The notes beneath the pieces were generated by a model. The model was not told the DNA's origin. It did no database searches and saw nothing but the letters and a program-made list of their open reading frames with translations. From NCBI GenBank assembly GCA_965225945.1, contig CBDDBZ010000020.1, forward strand, positions 32,001 to 96,000: 64,000 bases of DNA, in the 5' to 3' direction. The translations under genes were made by a program, and so were the position numbers. Positions 59,909 through 64,000 of this stretch are shown here, one piece after another. The first letter of the stretch is position 1, and each line of letters begins with the position of its first letter. The DNA comes from Alphaproteobacteria bacterium. GTDB lineage: Bacteria > Pseudomonadota > Alphaproteobacteria > GCA-2731375.

Positions 59909-60965
59909 GGAATTCCCCGGCGTGACGGTTGTACGGGATCGGCACGGCCGGCTGCGGTACCGGCTGCGCCGCACGACCGACGGCCGCAAGATTGACGGCT
60001 ACTTGCCGGGCGTCATTGGATCGACGGAATTCCGCGCGGCATACCATGAGGCGACCGAGGGCGTCCGGGCCGCGGGCCGGCGGGCACAGCCCGGCACCGT
60101 CGGCTATCTGATCGAGGCGTATCTGGCCGGCACCGCATTTCGGAACTTGGCGGATAGGACGCGAGCGGACAAACGCTGGCGCCAGGACTGGATCAAGGAA
60201 GCCATCGGGAGCGCCCGGTACGCTTCCATCCAGCCGCGCCACATCGAGGCGTTGATGTCGAAGAAAGGCGGGCCGGCCGCGGCGAACCGACTCAAGAAGG
60301 ACCTCTCTCAGCTGTTCCGATTCGCCGCGAAACGATTCGGCTACCAAGGCCAAAATCCCGCCGCGCTGGCGGATACGCACAAGGAGAGGTCGGAGGGTTA
60401 TCACACCTGGACTGACGACGAGATCGAGGTATTCCGGGCCAAGTTTCCGACTGGAACGAAGGCACGGCTGGCGCTTGAGATTTTCCTAGGGACGGGTGCT
60501 GCCCGGCAAGACGCGGCGACGCTCACCCGGGCGAGCATACGCGGCCTTCGCCTCTTCTATCGACGCGGGAAGACCGGCCAGGAAGTGGACCTGCCAATCG
60601 TGGCCGAGTTGGCGAAGGAACTGGCGTATCTGCCGCCGGACCAAATGATGCTGCTGGCGCACGGGGAGAGAGCGAAGGCCTACAGCGCCTCACCGCTCGG
60701 CAACTGGTTCAGGGACAGGTGCGAAGAAGCCGGCTTACCGCACTGTTCGGCGCACGGGCTGCGGAAGGCCGGCGCCCGGCGCTTGGCTGAGGCCGGTGCG
60801 ACCGAATGGGAGGTGATGGCCTTCCTCGCCCACCGGACCGCCAAGGAGGCGAGCCGCTATACCGCAGCGGCGAATAGGTCGATGCTCACGACGAGAGGTA
60901 TGGCGAGACTCAGCACGAAACCCGAACAAATCTTGTCCAACCTTCCGTCGAGGTTGGACAAATAG
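59895..60965 (+). CDS. int: Tyrosine recombinase/integrase
   Basis: DRHGRLRYR arm domain, WTDDEI, TGAAR, KTG, SAHGLRKA, LAH, RYT catalytic set; abuts the right att. Confidence 0.92.
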   Translation: MRYRKEFPGVTVVRDRHGRLRYRLRRTTDGRKIDGYLPGVIGSTEFRAAYHEATEGVRAAGRRAQPGTVGYLIEAYLAGTAFRNLADRTRADKRWRQDWIKEAIGSARYASIQPRHIEALMSKKGGPAAANRLKKDLSQLFRFAAKRFGYQGQNPAALADTHKERSEGYHTWTDDEIEVFRAKFPTGTKARLALEIFLGTGAARQDAATLTRASIRGLRLFYRRGKTGQEVDLPIVAELAKELAYLPPDQMMLLAHGERAKAYSASPLGNWFRDRCEEAGLPHCSAHGLRKAGARRLAEAGATEWEVMAFLAHRTAKEASRYTAAANRSMLTTRGMARLSTKPEQILSNLPSRLDK

Positions 60966-61013
60966 GGAGATTAAGTCATTGATATACAACGACGAAAAAC
61001 AACGGGTGACTGT

Positions 61014-61198
61014 CCGTCCTGGAAGGTGACGATGCGGTGCCATTCGGTGCGGTCCACCTTATCGCCCGAGTTTTTGTCGAGGTAGCTTTCGTCGGTCGCG
61101 ATCGAGACGTTGGCGACACGGCCGCCGTTGGTGAGATGGCTGATGGTGGCGTCGGCGCCGAGGCGTCCGATCAGCTGGGCGTTATTCAATCCGAACAT
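61014..61198 (-). pseudogene. ssb: ssb 5' part
   Basis: MFGLNNAQLIGRLGAD...ATDESY...RTEWHRIVTFQDG. Confidence 0.9.
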
Positions 61199-61305
61199 GA
61201 TCAATCTCCTATGATCCGGGTTATGACATCGGGTTAGCGAACGGGAACCGGTCTCTCTCGATTCCTTCCCCCTTCACACTTCTCTAAGCCCCCCTCTTCC
61301 TCTAT

Positions 61306-61497
61306 TCAGCCGTCCGCGCCGGTATATGTCCGGGAGCCGAGAACCTCGCGGATCGCGTGGGCCGGCAATCCGGCCGCGGCCAGCAGCGCGCCGGCATCGG
61401 GAAGCGGTGCGGTGAAGCCGGGATCGGCATCGTTTGTGCTATCGGGATTGAAAAGGGTGTCGTTGGACTCGGTCGAGGTATGTCTGGAATCGAACAT
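61306..61497 (-). CDS. Small hypothetical protein (island)
   Basis: GGAGG RBS before MFDSRH. Confidence 0.4.
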   Translation of the reverse strand: MFDSRHTSTESNDTLFNPDSTNDADPGFTAPLPDAGALLAAAGLPAHAIREVLGSRTYTGADG

Positions 61498-61658
61498 CTG
61501 GCACCTCCGGTTGATGGGGTTGAGACACCGCCCGGAGGGGACTCTCTTTTCCCTTGGGCGCGTCGCCCTTCTCTTTGCCTTCCTCAAACTCTCTTGCACG
61601 TTGGTCGAGGCAGGCCGGAGAGTTCGGGGGCATTGCCCGGCAATCGCCGCGCGGTTCA

Positions 61659-61973
61659 TCAAAGGGCCGCGTCGTTGGCGTCCATGATGGCGATGATGAC
61701 GTCGTCGAGGCTGCCCCTGGCGCTCATCAAGGTGTGTTCCAGATGGAGAAGCTGGTGGCGGAGCCCGGCGCGGTCGTCGCAGGACGGGTTGTTGGGCAGA
61801 CGCATGATGGCGTTCCGCAACTCGGCGAAGCGCTCCGCCAGATCCTTCATGTGAGCTGCAGCTTCGCGTGCGCCGGTCCGGGCTTCCTGCAGGAACCCGC
61901 CGGGATCGGGACGGGTGCCGGCCATGGTCTCGAAATCGCCGGTCGTGGAGTGTGGTGTGAGGGTGTCAAACAT
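61659..61973 (-). CDS. Hypothetical coiled-coil protein (island)
   Basis: GGAGG RBS before MFDTLT. Confidence 0.5.
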   Translation of the reverse strand: MFDTLTPHSTTGDFETMAGTRPDPGGFLQEARTGAREAAAHMKDLAERFAELRNAIMRLPNNPSCDDRAGLRHQLLHLEHTLMSARGSLDDVIIAIMDANDAAL

Positions 61974-62181
61974 CGGGTTCCTCCGTGGATTGCAAGACAG
62001 AATGGCGGCGATGCCGGAATTGCCTCCCGCGCACCCCCCGAACCGCCCCTGCCGTGCTGCCCTCGACCTCCATGTGCCGCAACGTGCGGGTGGGAGGGCC
62101 TCACTCAAAACGTTGCCGTGGCCTGCTCCTGGCCCATCATGCCGGGTGGCAAGTTACCGGGTGTAAACCGGCCTGCCCGGT

Positions 62182-62439
62182 TCAATGGGTGGTTTCATCG
62201 CGGGCGGCGGACATGGACCGGCCGGCGATGGCGGACCAGGCATCCCGGTCGAGTCCGAGCTTGGCGTTCAGGCGATCGCAGATCCTCAGAGCATCGTCGA
62301 GTGTGAGCCCAACCAACGCTGTGGGGACGTAGCCCGGCATCGAATCGAACACGATTCGGATCTGCTGTGGCATGTTGTCGAAGTCATAAGCTGGACAAAA
62401 CGCGTAGACGGGATCGTCGGGCAGCGTATGAGATGTCAT
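62182..62439 (-). CDS. Hypothetical protein (island)
   Basis: RBS-like GGAAG; plausible globular sequence. Confidence 0.5.
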   Translation of the reverse strand: MTSHTLPDDPVYAFCPAYDFDNMPQQIRIVFDSMPGYVPTALVGLTLDDALRICDRLNAKLGLDRDAWSAIAGRSMSAARDETTH

Positions 62440-62616
62440 GACGATATCTTCCATATGGCGGATTGGACTGTTCGTGCCTGTGAGCGGCGCAAAGGCGCAA
62501 TTTCCCGGATGTGGGTGTCTTCGTGGAGTGAAGAATCCTACAACCTTTTGCGCGTAGCGGGCGGTAGCAAGGTTTGGCACGCCCCCGCGCCGGATACCGG
62601 ACGGGAGCGTGCGGGT

Positions 62617-64000
62617 TTACACCGGGCTCGCAGCCGCGAGCGGCCAGCGTTCGAGGATGCGGCCGAGGTCGATGTATTCGGGCACGAATACACGGGTCCG
62701 CCACGAGACGATCTCGGTGGCGCAGCCCATGCGCTTGAGCGCGGCGAGGTCGCCGTCGGCCGGCCCCTCGATCTCGACGCGCACGGCGCCCATCAGGCGC
62801 CGCCTTGCGAGGCGCCAGCCGTTGGCGAGATCGAAGGACGCGCCGCGGGTAAGGATCGCCTCGTGCATCTCGGCCGAACTCATGAGCGGTCCGCAGGCCA
62901 GTCCGAAGGCGTCGTGGAAGGCGTACGCCTGCTCGGGCGTCAGAACCCGGCCGAGCAGGCTTTCCCCGGCGTCGGTCGCAAGCCGGCGCACCCGCATGTT
63001 TTCGCCCGGCAGGCGGTCCCAGATGGGGAGCAGCAGGCCGGTGACCAGCCACAGGCGGGATTCGGTGTGGCTGGGCAGCCCCTCGATCTCCGCATCCCAC
63101 GACGCGCGCCAACGATCTTCGCCTGCCTCCTCCCAGTTCGAGGCGGCAAGCTCCTCCGCGGCCATGGGCTCGCGGGCGGCGGGACGGACCAGGCGGACCC
63201 GGGCTTCGACTCCACCGTCCTCGAACATCCGCGACGGCGCGGGCAGAACCACGGCGGCGCGCTTCGAGCGGGTGTTGATGACGGGCCGCCCGTCGCGCAA
63301 GGCGAGGGCATCGCCGGCCGTCAGCGGCACGAGCCGGTCGCGGCGGACGATCTCGACAAGCTCGGTGGCGGCGCCCGAGGCTTCATGAACGTGAACCGTC
63401 TCGCGCGAGGCCACGGTGAGCGAGTCGGCCCGGATGGTCTCGACGCCCTGCTCATGGGTCCCGGCCTCGATGGCCTGCTCGATGTTGGCCTCGATGCGGG
63501 TTTCCAACTCGGCGAACAGTTCGTTCTGTTCGGCGATGGGCAGGGCCAGCAGGCGATTGAGGAACCGGGGCATCGGCGGCAGGTCTTCCTTGAGGGAGCC
63601 TTCCCAAATCAGCTTCAGACCGGTGGCCTCCTCGAAGCGGTCCATGGACCAGCCCGTTATGTTGCCGCGCCACAGTGCGATGTAGAACTGGCGCAGCGCC
63701 ACCTTGGCGTAGGGGCTTTCCAGATTGTCGCTGGCCCGGAACATGGTGGCGTCGCCGCCGCCCATGGCGGTCTGCGAATCGCGCTGGCCCCGGGTGATGG
63801 CGCCGAGGCTGTCGAGACGCCGGGCGATGGTGGCGATGAAGCGGCGCTCGCCCTTCACATCCGTGGTGACCGGGTCGGAACAGGGGGGCCGAGGCCTGGT
63901 GCGTTCGATGGGTGCGGCCCAGCCCCTGGATCGCCTGGTCGGCCCGCCAGCCCGGTTCCAGCAGGTAATGGATACGCCGCGCTGTATTGCCGCAGCCGAG
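62617..64000 (-). CDS. Strawberry-notch family helicase/methylase, C-terminal part (+1 frameshift near 63872; 5' end outside the window)
   Basis: HYLLEPGWRADQAIQGLGRTHRTHQ, then in the shifted frame TTDVKGERRFIATIARRLDSLGAITRGQR, FLNRLLAL, LVTGLLLPIW. Confidence 0.85.
   Translation of the reverse strand, partial: SAAAIQRGVSITCWNRAGGPTRRSRGWAAPIERTRPRPPCSDPVTTDVKGERRFIATIARRLDSLGAITRGQRDSQTAMGGGDATMFRASDNLESPYAKVALRQFYIALWRGNITGWSMDRFEEATGLKLIWEGSLKEDLPPMPRFLNRLLALPIAEQNELFAELETRIEANIEQAIEAGTHEQGVETIRADSLTVASRETVHVHEASGAATELVEIVRRDRLVPLTAGDALALRDGRPVINTRSKRAAVVLPAPSRMFEDGGVEARVRLVRPAAREPMAAEELAASNWEEAGEDRWRASWDAEIEGLPSHTESRLWLVTGLLLPIWDRLPGENMRVRRLATDAGESLLGRVLTPEQAYAFHDAFGLACGPLMSSAEMHEAILTRGASFDLANGWRLARRRLMGAVRVEIEGPADGDLAALKRMGCATEIVSWRTRVFVPEYIDLGRILERWPLAAASPV

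Larger units (their letters stand above)
50747..61023 (+). mobile_element. Integrated capsid-encoding, tail-less phage satellite (cf-PICI-like), 10,267 bp
   Basis: Direct repeat CCGTCCTGGA at 50747-50756 and 61014-61023 inside ssb. Co-oriented rep, terL, HNH, MCP, protease, head-completion, portal, xis and int genes. Confidence 0.85.
47740..64000. mobile_element. tRNA-Cys-integrated genomic island, ICE/IME-like (extends beyond the window)
   Basis: tRNA 3' fragment, AT-richer flank, IS3, ssb and a strawberry-notch helicase. Confidence 0.65.

Noticed and set aside
50747-61023. Gene transfer agent or complete prophage
   Set aside because: It has its own integrase, replicase and att repeats, unlike RcGTA clusters, and it lacks tail and lysis genes.

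Overview
High-GC alphaproteobacterial (Rhodospirillales-like) chromosomal window. Positions 1-47.7 kb hold mostly housekeeping and metabolic genes: a TIGR02302 protein, two hydantoinase loci, a complete iscR-sufBCDSU-sufT-sufA operon, sfsA-map-radC, aas, and a hidden UGSC-type selenoprotein. An 8.4-kb block bounded by a 32-bp repeat of the radC 3' end carries a PNPOx-MOSC-reductase-ferredoxin fusion and IS66, IS630 and IS4 elements. From 47.74 kb, a 3' fragment of tRNA-Cys marks the edge of an ICE-like island (ssb, strawberry-notch helicase). The island's ssb gene is split by a 10,267-bp integrated element with a 10-bp direct repeat, CCGTCCTGGA. This element encodes a ColE2-type replicase, TerL, HNH, an HK97-like capsid, a tandem-domain protease, head-completion proteins, portal, Xis and a tyrosine integrase, but no recognisable tail, lysis or TerS genes. 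It looks like an atypical capsid-forming phage satellite nested in another mobile element. All product calls come from motif recognition by eye, not database searches.
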